Origin: SAR86 cluster bacterium
GTDB taxonomy: Bacteria > Pseudomonadota > Gammaproteobacteria > Magnimaribacterales > Magnimaribacteraceae
Direction: 5' to 3'
DNA: 64,000 nucleotides
Assembly (NCBI GenBank): GCA_029268615.1
Contig: JAQWNM010000004.1
Coordinates: 37,966-101,965, forward strand
The position numbers and the translations under genes are program-made. A model generated the notes under the pieces. The model saw only the letters and a list, made by a program, of their open reading frames with translations, ran no database searches and was not told where the DNA came from. Positions 10,206-19,747 of the stretch are shown one piece after another (position 1 is the first letter of the stretch; each line of letters opens with the position of its first letter).

Positions 10206-11687
10206 TTATTTAGCTCCTGATTCTATTAATAATTTAAGGACTTGCCCTGGAAATATAACCTCTTCATCTTTTATATTATTCCATTTCTGTATATCGCTTG
10301 ACCTGACAGAGAATTTTGATGCAATTCTGCTTAAGGTGTCACCAGATTTTATAGGATAAAGTAAAGTTTGAGTTTTCTTAGGAGGCGTTTGACCTCTAAC
10401 TCTTTCGTATTGAGAAAATATTTTAATAACTTGTCCTATTTGAAGAGGCTTATTAAGTTTAAGATCATTCCAGATAGAAATATCTTTAATAGACACATCA
10501 AATTTCTTTGAGATAGCCCATAGTGAATCTCCCTTAGCTACTAGATGTTTTTTTGACTTAGGAATAAAAGTTTTTGTCCAGGCTGGCCCTCTTGGCACCA
10601 TTATTTCTTTTCCTGTTATAATTAAATCATCAGTTAGTTGATTTATTTCCTTCAGAACAGAGACTTGCATACTGTAATTCCTTGCAATTTTAGTCAAGTT
10701 ATCTCCTCGTATAATGCGATATCTATCCCACTTTACAAGTTCACTTTTATCTATAGATTCAAGTTGTAAAGCAAATCTATCAGCGATACCAGTTGGCAGC
10801 AATAGGTAATGAGGCCCACTAGGATCTGTAGCCCATTGAGAGAATCCTGGATTAAGCTCATAAATACTTTCTGGATTCATTCCTGCAAGATCTGCAGCTT
10901 GCATTAGGTCCATTTGTCCTGGGATTTCGACTTTTAAAAAGTAAGGCCTATTAGGAATAGACGGCAAGGTGACTCCATAAGAAACAGGATTATTAATTAA
11001 TTCTGATAGGACAAGTAATTTAGGTATATAAGCAGTAGTTTCTAGAGGGAGATTTAACGACCAAAAGTCAGTATTTTTTCCTTGCAATTTATTTTTATTT
11101 ATAGCCCTCCTAACTCTAGTAGGTCCAGCATTATAAGCAGCCATAGCAAGGAGCCAGTCATTATTAAATCTTGCAGATAAGACAGTTAAATATTCTAAGG
11201 CAGCATCTGTTGAAGCTATAACGTCTCTTTTTCCATCATACCACCAGTTAGATTTAAGGCCATATTGCCTACCTGTGGATGGAATAAATTGCCATATACC
11301 AGTAGCTCCATCTACAGAGCGAGCATATGGATCAAATTCACTTTCAACAAAAGGTAACAAAGCAAGTTCTATGGGAAGTCCTAATTCTTCTGCTTTTGAA
11401 ACCGTATAGAATAAATATCTTTGCCCAGATTTACTAATTCTATTTACAGAATGCTGGTTTCCAATAAGTTTATCTCTGAATTTTTGAGCAGGAGTATATC
11501 CATCAGGTACTTTAAAAGATAACTGATTCCTAATCCTTTGCCAAAGATCAACTTCAATTATTAAAGCTTGACTTTGGTTAGTTACTTCTTGTTCTAAGCT
11601 AGAATCTTCCAAGGCTGTAGGTTCAAGATTTATTTGGCTTACGCATCCTGTTAAGTAAATAGTAAAAAAAAGTAAAATCCTTTTCAT
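10206..11687 (-). CDS. mltD: Membrane-bound lytic murein transglycosylase D-like, SLT domain plus three LysM repeats
   Basis: 493 aa. Lipoprotein signal (IYLTGC). SLT catalytic region (LPFVESEFDPYARS..GATGIWQFIPSTG...AAYNAGP). Three C-terminal LysM-like repeats (GDNLTKIA, GDSLWAIS, GDTLSRIA). mltD-gloB synteny. Confidence 0.88.
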   Translation of the reverse strand: MKRILLFFTIYLTGCVSQINLEPTALEDSSLEQEVTNQSQALIIEVDLWQRIRNQLSFKVPDGYTPAQKFRDKLIGNQHSVNRISKSGQRYLFYTVSKAEELGLPIELALLPFVESEFDPYARSVDGATGIWQFIPSTGRQYGLKSNWWYDGKRDVIASTDAALEYLTVLSARFNNDWLLAMAAYNAGPTRVRRAINKNKLQGKNTDFWSLNLPLETTAYIPKLLVLSELINNPVSYGVTLPSIPNRPYFLKVEIPGQMDLMQAADLAGMNPESIYELNPGFSQWATDPSGPHYLLLPTGIADRFALQLESIDKSELVKWDRYRIIRGDNLTKIARNYSMQVSVLKEINQLTDDLIITGKEIMVPRGPAWTKTFIPKSKKHLVAKGDSLWAISKKFDVSIKDISIWNDLKLNKPLQIGQVIKIFSQYERVRGQTPPKKTQTLLYPIKSGDTLSRIASKFSVRSSDIQKWNNIKDEEVIFPGQVLKLLIESGAK

Positions 11688-11698
11688 TGATTTTTAGT

Positions 11699-12472
11699 TT
11701 ATATTGTATCTTTCCATTCTCGAACTGCACCAAGGACTGCAATTTCGTTATCTAATTGTTTTGAGAAAAATTCTTCAGCAGCATTTTTAACTGACCTAGT
11801 ATTACATCTCATAAAAGGATTAGTTTTTAATTCTAATTTTATAGACGAGGGAAGGGTAACTAATTTCTTTGATCTTAAATCTCTGACTTCATCTAGTCTC
11901 TTATTTATATCCTGATTACTTGGTTCCACAAGCTTAGCAAAATTTAAGTTAGCCAGAGTATATTCATGCCCGCAATAAACTAATGTATCCAATGGAAGTA
12001 ATGAAAATCTTGTTAGAGATGAATACATTTGTTCAGGCGTGCCTTCAAAGAGTCTTCCACAACCAGCTGCAAATAATGTATCACCTGAGAACAAAATTGG
12101 TTGAGTAAATTGATCTTTAGAGAAATAGGCTAGTTGATCATCTGTATGACCAGGGACAGACATGGCCGTGAATGTTCTTCCTAAGACATCAAATTCTTCA
12201 TTATCTTCTAAAGGATTAGTTATTCCTTTTATATGACCTCCTTTTGGTCCAAATATCTTAAGATTAAAAGTACTTAAAAGCTTTTCTATGCCACCACTGT
12301 GATCAAAGTGATGATGTGTGATCATTGCGCCCTCTAATGAAAGGTTATTCTTGTTTACAAAAGCAATAAGTGGATCAGCATCACCAGGATCAACTGCAAA
12401 AGCTTTTTCTCCTAAAACCAGAAGCCATATATAATTATCAGAAAAAGCTGAAATGGGTTTTATTTTCATCAT
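11699..12472 (-). CDS. gloB: Hydroxyacylglutathione hydrolase (glyoxalase II)
   Basis: 257 aa. Metallo-beta-lactamase motif THHHFDHSGG, then VPGHT and CGHEYT. Conserved neighbourhood. Confidence 0.9.
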   Translation of the reverse strand: MMKIKPISAFSDNYIWLLVLGEKAFAVDPGDADPLIAFVNKNNLSLEGAMITHHHFDHSGGIEKLLSTFNLKIFGPKGGHIKGITNPLEDNEEFDVLGRTFTAMSVPGHTDDQLAYFSKDQFTQPILFSGDTLFAAGCGRLFEGTPEQMYSSLTRFSLLPLDTLVYCGHEYTLANLNFAKLVEPSNQDINKRLDEVRDLRSKKLVTLPSSIKLELKTNPFMRCNTRSVKNAAEEFFSKQLDNEIAVLGAVREWKDTI

Positions 12473-12534
12473 AAAATTACTTTTATTTTAACATTCAAGA
12501 GAAGTTTTAGTTACTATATGGTTAAACTAATTAA

Positions 12535-12975
12535 ATGGATACTATAGAGATATTTACAGACGGTGCTTGTAGAGGCAATCCAGGTTTGGGTGGTTGGGGA
12601 GCTCTTATCAGGAAGAACGGAGAAGAAAGAAGTTTATATGGAGGTGAGAAGAATACCACTAATAATAGAATGGAACTTTTAGCAGCTATAAAATCTTTAG
12701 AATCTCTAGAAGATAACTCAACATTAGTGTTAACAACAGATTCAGAATATGTCAGGAAAGGTATTACAGAATGGATGAAAAATTGGAAACTGAAAGATTG
12801 GAAAACTTCTGCTAATAAGCCAGTCAAGAATAAAGATTTATGGCAATCTCTTGATACTCTCTCAAAAAAACATAATATTTCTTGGAAATGGGTTAAAGGG
12901 CATTCCGGTCATAGAGAAAATGATATAGCTGATGAGTTAGCTAACCTTGGAATAGACGAGTTGGGTAAATGGTAA
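12535..12975 (+). CDS. rnhA: Ribonuclease HI
   Basis: 146 aa. IFTDGACRGNPGLGGWGA...TNNRMEL...TDSEYV...WKWVKGHSGHRENDIADELA. Confidence 0.93.
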   Translation: MDTIEIFTDGACRGNPGLGGWGALIRKNGEERSLYGGEKNTTNNRMELLAAIKSLESLEDNSTLVLTTDSEYVRKGITEWMKNWKLKDWKTSANKPVKNKDLWQSLDTLSKKHNISWKWVKGHSGHRENDIADELANLGIDELGKW

Positions 12976-13700
12976 GACAAGTTATTTTAGATACAGAGAC
13001 AACAGGCTTAGATGTAGAGACTGGGCATAGAGTAATAGAAATAGGTTGTGTGGAATTGATAAGTAGAAAATTTACTGGAAAAGAGTATCAAACTTATTTA
13101 AATCCAGGAAGATCTGTAGACGAAGGAGCTGAAAAAGTTCATGGATTAAGCAATGAGTTTTTAGGTGATAAGCCTTCTTTTAATCAAGTAGTAGATGACT
13201 TTCTAGATTTCATAGAAGGTAGTGAGTTATTGATTCATAATGCAGCCTTTGATATTGGGTTTTTAAATCATGAACTAAAAATTTTAAAAGGCGAAAAAGT
13301 AGAAATAACAGATTATGTTGAAAGTATTACTGATACTTTACAGTTAGCTCGTCAACTCCATCCAGGACAGAAGAATAGTCTGGACGCCTTGGTCCAGAGA
13401 TATAATGTCAGTGGTTATGATCGAGGATATCATGGTGCACTTTTAGACTCTAAGATTTTAGGAGAAGTTTATCTTGCTTTGACTGGCGGTCAAAGCGCTA
13501 TGAATTTTAATGAAAATGTTAATAAAAATTTAGATGAAGATGATAAACAGATGCCAAGTGATTCATTAATTGGAAAAAAACGTCCTATGATTATAAAGTT
13601 AGATTCTGAAGAAGAAAAAACTCACATAGACTATTTAAAAAGAATGGCACAAGAGTCTCAAGTTGAACCAGTAGGTTTGAGAGACGGGGAGTTAGATTGA
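12969..13700 (+). CDS. dnaQ: DNA polymerase III epsilon subunit (3'-5' proofreading exonuclease)
   Basis: 243 aa. Exo I VILDTETTG, Exo II LIHNAAFDIGFL, Exo III HGALLDSKILGEVY. Overlaps rnhA by 7 nt. Confidence 0.93.
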   Translation: MVRQVILDTETTGLDVETGHRVIEIGCVELISRKFTGKEYQTYLNPGRSVDEGAEKVHGLSNEFLGDKPSFNQVVDDFLDFIEGSELLIHNAAFDIGFLNHELKILKGEKVEITDYVESITDTLQLARQLHPGQKNSLDALVQRYNVSGYDRGYHGALLDSKILGEVYLALTGGQSAMNFNENVNKNLDEDDKQMPSDSLIGKKRPMIIKLDSEEEKTHIDYLKRMAQESQVEPVGLRDGELD

Positions 13701-15076
13701 TTATTACTAGATTTGCTCCTAGTCCTACTGGCAATTTACATATTGGAGGAGCAAGAACAGCCTTATTTGCATGGCTTTATGCAAAGAGTCATAAAGGGCA
13801 ATGTTTTTTAAGATTAGAAGATACTGATCAGGACAGATCAAAGAATGAATATATTAACTCTATAATCTCAAGTTTTAACTGGTTAGGAATTGACTTTGAT
13901 GGACAACCAGTCTATCAATCTTCCAGAAAAGAAAAGCATATCGAGGCGGCTAATTTACTTATTCATAAAGGCGAAGCTTATTATTGTGATTGCTCAAAAC
14001 AGAGGTTAAGTGAAGTAAGAGAAAGGCAAATAAAGGATGGAGTTAAACCCAGATATGATGGCAATTGCAGGGATGCTTCCTTGAAATTTAAGGAAAATAG
14101 AGTTGTACGTTTTAAGAATCCTAGTTCAGGAGAAGTTGAATATCATGATTTAATTAGAGGAATTATCAAGACATCAAACCGAGAGTTAGACGATCTAGTA
14201 CTTTTAAGGGCAGATGGAAGTCCCACTTATAACTTGAGTGTAGTCGTCGATGATGCAGATATGAAGATTTCTCATGTCATAAGAGGTGATGATCATATTA
14301 ATAATACCCCTAGACAAATAAATATTTTTAAAGCTTTAAATCTGTCTATACCAGAATATGGCCATGTTCCTATGATATTAGGAGAAGATGGTAAGAGAAT
14401 GTCTAAAAGACATGGAGCAACAGGAGTCTTTGATTATAAAAATTTAGGAATATCTGCAGAAGCTTTGATAAATTATTTTGCTAGGTTAGGTTGGTCTTTG
14501 GGTGACGAAGAAATTTTTAGTTTAAGTGAATTAATTGAATCTTTTAAAGATGGAAATATAAACTCTTCACCCAGTACATTTTCTATATCCAAACTTAAAT
14601 GGTATAGCAAAGAGTATATGAATAAATCTTCATCTCAGAAGATTTTATCTGAATTACAAGACTTAGATGGAAATTTCAATGAGAGGCCTGAATATAGCTT
14701 AAGAGTTATTGCATTACTAAAGGATCGTTGTTCTACATTAAATGATTATTTAGCAGAATCTAATTACTTCTTTAAAGACTTTGAAAGTTATGATGAAAGT
14801 TCCGCAAAAAAATTTTTTAGAAATGATTCAATAAAGATTTTATCTTACTTACTTAAAGTGTTGCATGATTTAGAAGATTGGAATAAAGAAAGTATTAAAA
14901 GTAGCTTAGAGAATGTAATGGCTAAATACTCAGTAGGTATGGGAAAGGTAGGGCAACCGTTAAGAGTAGCTATTACTGGATCATCTAATGCCCCTTCTAT
15001 TGACTTAGTAGCGGAATTGCTTGGTAAGGAAATAGTGCTCGAAAGACTCAAGCTAGCCATTACAAAGTATTCATAG
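13697..15076 (+). CDS. gltX: Glutamate--tRNA ligase
   Basis: 459 aa. The TTG start overlaps the dnaQ stop. RFAPSPTGNLHIGGARTALF (HIGH motif) and RMSKRHG (KMSKS motif). Confidence 0.93.
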   Translation: MIITRFAPSPTGNLHIGGARTALFAWLYAKSHKGQCFLRLEDTDQDRSKNEYINSIISSFNWLGIDFDGQPVYQSSRKEKHIEAANLLIHKGEAYYCDCSKQRLSEVRERQIKDGVKPRYDGNCRDASLKFKENRVVRFKNPSSGEVEYHDLIRGIIKTSNRELDDLVLLRADGSPTYNLSVVVDDADMKISHVIRGDDHINNTPRQINIFKALNLSIPEYGHVPMILGEDGKRMSKRHGATGVFDYKNLGISAEALINYFARLGWSLGDEEIFSLSELIESFKDGNINSSPSTFSISKLKWYSKEYMNKSSSQKILSELQDLDGNFNERPEYSLRVIALLKDRCSTLNDYLAESNYFFKDFESYDESSAKKFFRNDSIKILSYLLKVLHDLEDWNKESIKSSLENVMAKYSVGMGKVGQPLRVAITGSSNAPSIDLVAELLGKEIVLERLKLAITKYS

Positions 15077-16019
15077 TTTCTAAGAAAGTATCTATAGCTT
15101 TCCAGCAATCTTTACGAATTAAATCTCTTTCCATGAGTAATTCATGCTCTCCATCTAACTCTATAATCGTCTTTTTAGTGATACTTTGACATAAGGTAAA
15201 GATTTTTCTTGTATCTACTAGCTTATCTTTCTTTGCTAGCAGTACTAATGTAGGTATATTAATTTTTTGAGCCCATTCTTCTGATTGCTTATCGCATCTT
15301 TTAATAGCTTCATATATCCATCTAAGTGAAAAACCACCTACAGCCAAGTTTTCATCTTCTCTTATAAGATCTGCTGACCTTAAATATCTTACAATATCTG
15401 AAGTAACATTATTCTCTTCAAAAGGTACTTCATGCCATCCTTTTTTATTTTCCCATTCAGGTCTTTGTAAAGGAATATCTTTGAATCCCAGTTTATAAGC
15501 AAAAAAACCTATTAAGATAATGAAGAATTTCATTAAAGTTGGTATTCTAAGTTTTAACATAGGAGCGCAAAGTATTAATCCAGTCATAGGTTGATTTTCA
15601 ATGGCCGCAAAAGACGCCATTAGACAACCACCCATTGAATGACCCATTCCTATATAGGGCTGAGGGCATTGTTGAGAGATAATATTATCAAAAATTTCTA
15701 AGAGATCAGAATCATAGTCTTCAAATTTATCAACATGTCCAAGATGTTTATCTTTAGTTAATCTTCCTGATAAACCTTGTCCTCTCCAATCAAACATAAC
15801 GACACAATATCCACGGTTAATTATCTCCTTTACTACTTCATAATACTTCTCAATAAATTCTGTCCTTCCTGATTGGATGATGAAGGTACCTTTTAAGCTC
15901 TTAATATTCCAAATAGCTATCCTTATTTTTATACCATCTATAGTTTTGTAAAAAAAACATTTTGAACCAGTTGGAGGTTTAAATTTTTTTATTTCTATTA
16001 ACTTTGCTTGTTTTTCCAT
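15060..16019 (-). CDS. Alpha/beta hydrolase (lysophospholipase / monoacylglycerol-lipase-like)
   Basis: 319 aa. Nucleophile elbow GHSMGG with a typical alpha/beta-fold layout. The 3' end overlaps gltX convergently by 17 nt. Confidence 0.75.
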   Translation of the reverse strand: MEKQAKLIEIKKFKPPTGSKCFFYKTIDGIKIRIAIWNIKSLKGTFIIQSGRTEFIEKYYEVVKEIINRGYCVVMFDWRGQGLSGRLTKDKHLGHVDKFEDYDSDLLEIFDNIISQQCPQPYIGMGHSMGGCLMASFAAIENQPMTGLILCAPMLKLRIPTLMKFFIILIGFFAYKLGFKDIPLQRPEWENKKGWHEVPFEENNVTSDIVRYLRSADLIREDENLAVGGFSLRWIYEAIKRCDKQSEEWAQKINIPTLVLLAKKDKLVDTRKIFTLCQSITKKTIIELDGEHELLMERDLIRKDCWKAIDTFLETMNTL

Positions 16020-16085
16020 TAGAGCTATTTAATATACATATAAATATATCAACAATAAAAGAATTTACTAAGGAACCTCAGACAT

Positions 16086-16592
16086 ATGAATAATTTTAAA
16101 AGCATTCTCTTTTTTCTTATATTAGTATCTTTGAGCAGATTAATACCTCATCCTCCAAATTTTACACCTCTTTTATCCATAGCAATTTTTTTACCCTTCT
16201 TGTTAGAAGATAAAAGAATTGTATTAATTCTTCCTTTAGCTGTTCTATTAATTACTGATTTTTTCTTGGGCTCTTATAATCTTATGCTTTGGGTTTATGG
16301 CAGCATGCTTCTTATCAGTGGAATTTCCTTTTATTTCTACTCCAATTCTCTTAAACGATTAACAGTACTTTCACTTATTGCTCCTAGCTTATTTTTTATA
16401 GTTACGAATTTCGGAGTATGGATTGGATCTAGTAATTACTCTCAAGACCTTTCAGGGTTATTTCTTTGTTATTATTATGCAATTCCTTTTTATGCGATGA
16501 ATTTGATATCTACACTCTTATTTTCTGTTACATTTTTTATTATTTTTAAGCTATTTATTAATAAAAAGGAGTTATCTGATGCATCCTATTAA
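16086..16592 (+). CDS. Polytopic membrane protein, function unknown
   Basis: 168 aa, about 5 hydrophobic segments (LIPHPPNFTPLLSIAIF...). I cannot name the family with confidence. Confidence 0.6.
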   Translation: MNNFKSILFFLILVSLSRLIPHPPNFTPLLSIAIFLPFLLEDKRIVLILPLAVLLITDFFLGSYNLMLWVYGSMLLISGISFYFYSNSLKRLTVLSLIAPSLFFIVTNFGVWIGSSNYSQDLSGLFLCYYYAIPFYAMNLISTLLFSVTFFIIFKLFINKKELSDASY

Positions 16593-17004
16593 GAAGTATC
16601 ATGAACTTATCAAAACTAAGAACATAGAAATATATGATGAGATTCTAGATGATGAGGTGGTTTTTTATTCACCAGTAGTCCATACACCCCAAAGGGGAAA
16701 AGAGATAACCAAACTTTATTTAACTGCAGCTGGGGGAGTATTTGGAACTGATGGTCGTCAGCAATCTGATGAAAAATCCCCTACACCTTCTAAGTTTAAG
16801 TATATCAAGGAAGTAATTGGAGAAAGAGATGCATTTTTGGAGTTTGAAACTACTATTCAAGGGATCTATATAAATGGTATAGATTTAATAACATGGAATG
16901 AAAAAAATAAAATAACTGAGTTTAAGGTCCTTATTCGACCTTTAAAGGCTGTAAATATGCTTCATCAGATGATGGGCTCAATGCTAGAGAAGCTAAATAA
17001 ATAA
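16579..17004 (+). CDS. Small soluble protein, possibly NTF2/SnoaL-like fold
   Basis: 141 aa. Overlaps the upstream gene by 14 nt. The fold assignment rests only on size and the N-terminal pattern (DDEVVFYSPVVHTPQRGKE). Confidence 0.5.
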   Translation: MHPIKKYHELIKTKNIEIYDEILDDEVVFYSPVVHTPQRGKEITKLYLTAAGGVFGTDGRQQSDEKSPTPSKFKYIKEVIGERDAFLEFETTIQGIYINGIDLITWNEKNKITEFKVLIRPLKAVNMLHQMMGSMLEKLNK

Positions 17005-17011
17005 ATTCGTA

Positions 17012-17863
17012 TTAATTTTTTGGCCGATCTCCAGATATAGTTATTCTATGCAATAGCCTGTCATAGCCATCATAGCCTCCTTCAGCTTGATGCATAACAG
17101 TTCTGTTATCCCAAGCAATTAACATATCCTGTTTCCACCGATGCCTAAAGATATATTTATCCTTAAGGGTATGTTCATACAACTTCATTAGAAGCTGATC
17201 TGATTCTTCATCAGACATATTTTTGACAGAAATTGCATATACTGGATTTATAAATAAGCACTTCTTTTTAGTTATTGGGTGAATTCTTACCATGGGATGA
17301 AGAAAAGAATTCTCAGCAGTTTTAGCAGGCAAAATCTTCATGGAACGATCATTCTCTTTTTCTGTTGCATAAAATCCATCTGTTGCATAAGGCCTTTTAG
17401 CGCTATGAAAAACCATGAGATTCTTAATTTCTTCTTTTATATCAGAAGGCAGTTCTGAGTAAGCCTTTTCAGTGTTTGCAAAAAGTGTATCACCTCCTAC
17501 TGGAGGGATTATCTTAGAGTGTAAAATAGTTGCAGAGGGTGGAGTTTCTTGAAATGACCAATCAGAATGCCAGGTTCCTCCAAACTGGACAGCCTTTTCT
17601 TTTGCTTTTCTTTTCACTTCCACAATATGTGGATTATCTTCCAGAGAGTCTATGTAGGGATCATCTCCATATTTACCAAAAATAGAACTAAATTTTAGAA
17701 ATTCATTATGAGATAGAACTTGATCAGGAAAAATTACTAAGGAATATTTATTCCATAAGTCAATGATTTTAAGCTTTTCTTCCTTTTTTAATTCTGCAGT
17801 TAAGTCTACTTCAGTTATTTCGACCCCTAAATTAGATTCAGAAGGAATAATATTTATTTTCAT
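17012..17863 (-). CDS. TauD/TfdA-family Fe(II)/2-oxoglutarate-dependent dioxygenase
   Basis: ATG at 17863 preferred over the upstream TTG at 17896. Aligns along its length with E. coli TauD (GVEITEVDL, WHSDWSF = HxD iron ligands, GGDTLFAN, HPMVRIHP, IAWDNRTVMH). Confidence 0.85.
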   Translation of the reverse strand: MKINIIPSESNLGVEITEVDLTAELKKEEKLKIIDLWNKYSLVIFPDQVLSHNEFLKFSSIFGKYGDDPYIDSLEDNPHIVEVKRKAKEKAVQFGGTWHSDWSFQETPPSATILHSKIIPPVGGDTLFANTEKAYSELPSDIKEEIKNLMVFHSAKRPYATDGFYATEKENDRSMKILPAKTAENSFLHPMVRIHPITKKKCLFINPVYAISVKNMSDEESDQLLMKLYEHTLKDKYIFRHRWKQDMLIAWDNRTVMHQAEGGYDGYDRLLHRITISGDRPKN

Positions 17864-17925
17864 TATTTTTACAGAGACTTTACTAATCTTTTGCAACTAA
17901 AGAAATAAGAACTTTTAATAAATTT

Positions 17926-18129
17926 ATGTGTCTAAGTTTTAAGATATTTAATTTGTGCAACTTATCTATGACAAACACAAGGTCAGAAAGGCTTAAACAT
18001 GACAATAAGGCAAGAACAAGGCGCCACGCTTTAAAGGAAATGATAAAGAGACAAGAGGAAAATGAATTTTCTCGCTTAAGAAAATTAAAGTTAAAAAAAA
18101 ATAAGGCAAAACGTAGGCAATCTCATTGA
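17926..18129 (+). CDS. Hypothetical small, very basic protein (start may be the internal ATG at 17968)
   Basis: The only ORF in a 327-nt gap. Lys/Arg-rich (RTRRHALKEMIKRQ...LKLKKNKAKRRQSH). No recognisable SD and no family recognised. Confidence 0.3.
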   Translation: MCLSFKIFNLCNLSMTNTRSERLKHDNKARTRRHALKEMIKRQEENEFSRLRKLKLKKNKAKRRQSH

Positions 18130-18223
18130 GAAACTGTTTCGTTAATTTAGTTGTAAAGAAGTTACCGCACAAGTAGGTATCTGTTAAAATTTTTTAAACT
18201 TAAAATCTTTAAAACATTATCTT

Positions 18224-19540
18224 ATGGATAAGAAAATTTATCCTCCAGTAAAAGTAGGTTATTACAGTGTTGGTCTTATGGCGTTAGCACAAATTTTTGC
18301 TTTTATAGATAGACAGATTCCTGCATTATTAATAGAACCTATTAAAGCTGATTTTGATCTTTCTGATTCACAGATTGCCTTATTGGGTGGAGCTGCTTTT
18401 TCAGTCTTTTATGCCCTTATGGCAATTCCAATAGGTTTTGCAGTTGATAGATATCGTAGAACATATATATTAGGAGTTGGAATATTTCTATGGTCTATTA
18501 TGACTTTCCTAACTGGTTTAGCAAACTCATTCTTTAAGCTCTTTTCTGCTCGTGTAGGAGTGGCAGTAGGGGAGGCTGTGATGGCACCAACTAGCGTTTC
18601 TTTAGTGGGTGATTATTTTCCCGAAGAAAAACAAGGTAAGCCTTTAGGAATTATCACTGCTGGTGTCTACATAGGTATTGGAATTACTCTATTAGGAGGA
18701 GGTTTCCTTATTGACTATTTAACTAATTTAGGAGGTTTAAATATACCAGTTATAGGTTTTGTTAAACCTTGGCAAGCCACTTTCATGCTTGTTGGGATTC
18801 CAGGAGTCTTAGTTTCTTTGTTAGTTATTTTAATGCATGAACCAAAGAGAATACATATATCTCCCCAACAATTAGAGTCAAGGACTAAATATGAGATCTT
18901 AGATCATTTAAATGAATTTAAATCTACATTAGTATTTATGTTCCTTGGATTGATTTTCATGGCCTTTATCTTTTATTCATTTACTTTTTGGGGACCAACA
19001 ATGATGTTAAGAACCTTTGATCTTTCTCTTTCAGAGGTTGGGTTAACATTAGGCTTAATTACCATATTAAGCTCTATAACAGGAACTATCTCATCTGGAG
19101 CAATCGTTGACTACCTGAGGAAATTAGGTTTTATAGACGCGCCAGTTAGAGTAGCTTTATTTGCATCATTTTTTGCTTGCCCTTTTATAGTTCTAGCTCC
19201 TCTTGTTAATTCCGTATTACTTTCGTGGATTTTGATTGGCTTTTATCTCTTTTTTATAAGCTCTTTTGCTCCTTTAGGATTGATTGCGGTTAGCGGAGTT
19301 TCAAGAGGAAATGTCAAAGGTCAGATGGCGGCATTTCATGCTTTTTTAATGATGGTTTTTGGTTTTAGTATAGGACCTCAATTAACAGCTTTTTTTACCG
19401 ACTTTATATTTATGGATTCTATGAAACTTGGATGGGCTATTTCCTTAACAGCGGCATTAACTCTTCCATTGTCAGGTTTATTCTTTTGGTTCTCATTATC
19501 TAAATACAGGTCCGCAGTAAAAGTACTACAACTTAATTAA
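18224..19540 (+). CDS. MFS transporter
   Basis: 438 aa, about 12 TM segments. MFS loop motif GFAVDRYRR between TM2 and TM3. Confidence 0.85.
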   Translation: MDKKIYPPVKVGYYSVGLMALAQIFAFIDRQIPALLIEPIKADFDLSDSQIALLGGAAFSVFYALMAIPIGFAVDRYRRTYILGVGIFLWSIMTFLTGLANSFFKLFSARVGVAVGEAVMAPTSVSLVGDYFPEEKQGKPLGIITAGVYIGIGITLLGGGFLIDYLTNLGGLNIPVIGFVKPWQATFMLVGIPGVLVSLLVILMHEPKRIHISPQQLESRTKYEILDHLNEFKSTLVFMFLGLIFMAFIFYSFTFWGPTMMLRTFDLSLSEVGLTLGLITILSSITGTISSGAIVDYLRKLGFIDAPVRVALFASFFACPFIVLAPLVNSVLLSWILIGFYLFFISSFAPLGLIAVSGVSRGNVKGQMAAFHAFLMMVFGFSIGPQLTAFFTDFIFMDSMKLGWAISLTAALTLPLSGLFFWFSLSKYRSAVKVLQLN

Positions 19541-19622
19541 GACCTGGCTCATACATTAAATACTTGTCCAGGGTAATTACTTTTATTACGATACCTTATA
19601 ATTATCATCTTATTTAAAATAT

Positions 19623-19698
19623 GGGGCTATAGCTCAGCTGGGAGAGCGCTTGCGTGGCACGCAAGAGGTCGGCGGTTCGATCCCGCCTAGCTCCACCA
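19623..19698 (+). tRNA. tRNA-Ala (anticodon GGC)
   Basis: 76-nt cloverleaf very close to E. coli tRNA-Ala(GGC). Acceptor GGGGCUA/UAGCUCC with the G3:U70 Ala identity pair. Anticodon loop GUGGCAC (GGC at 19656-19658). GGUUCGAUC T-loop and encoded CCA. Confidence 0.95.
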
Positions 19699-19747
19699 AA
19701 TTTAGATTATATTTGATCTTTATTGAATAAGACTATTTAATAAATAT

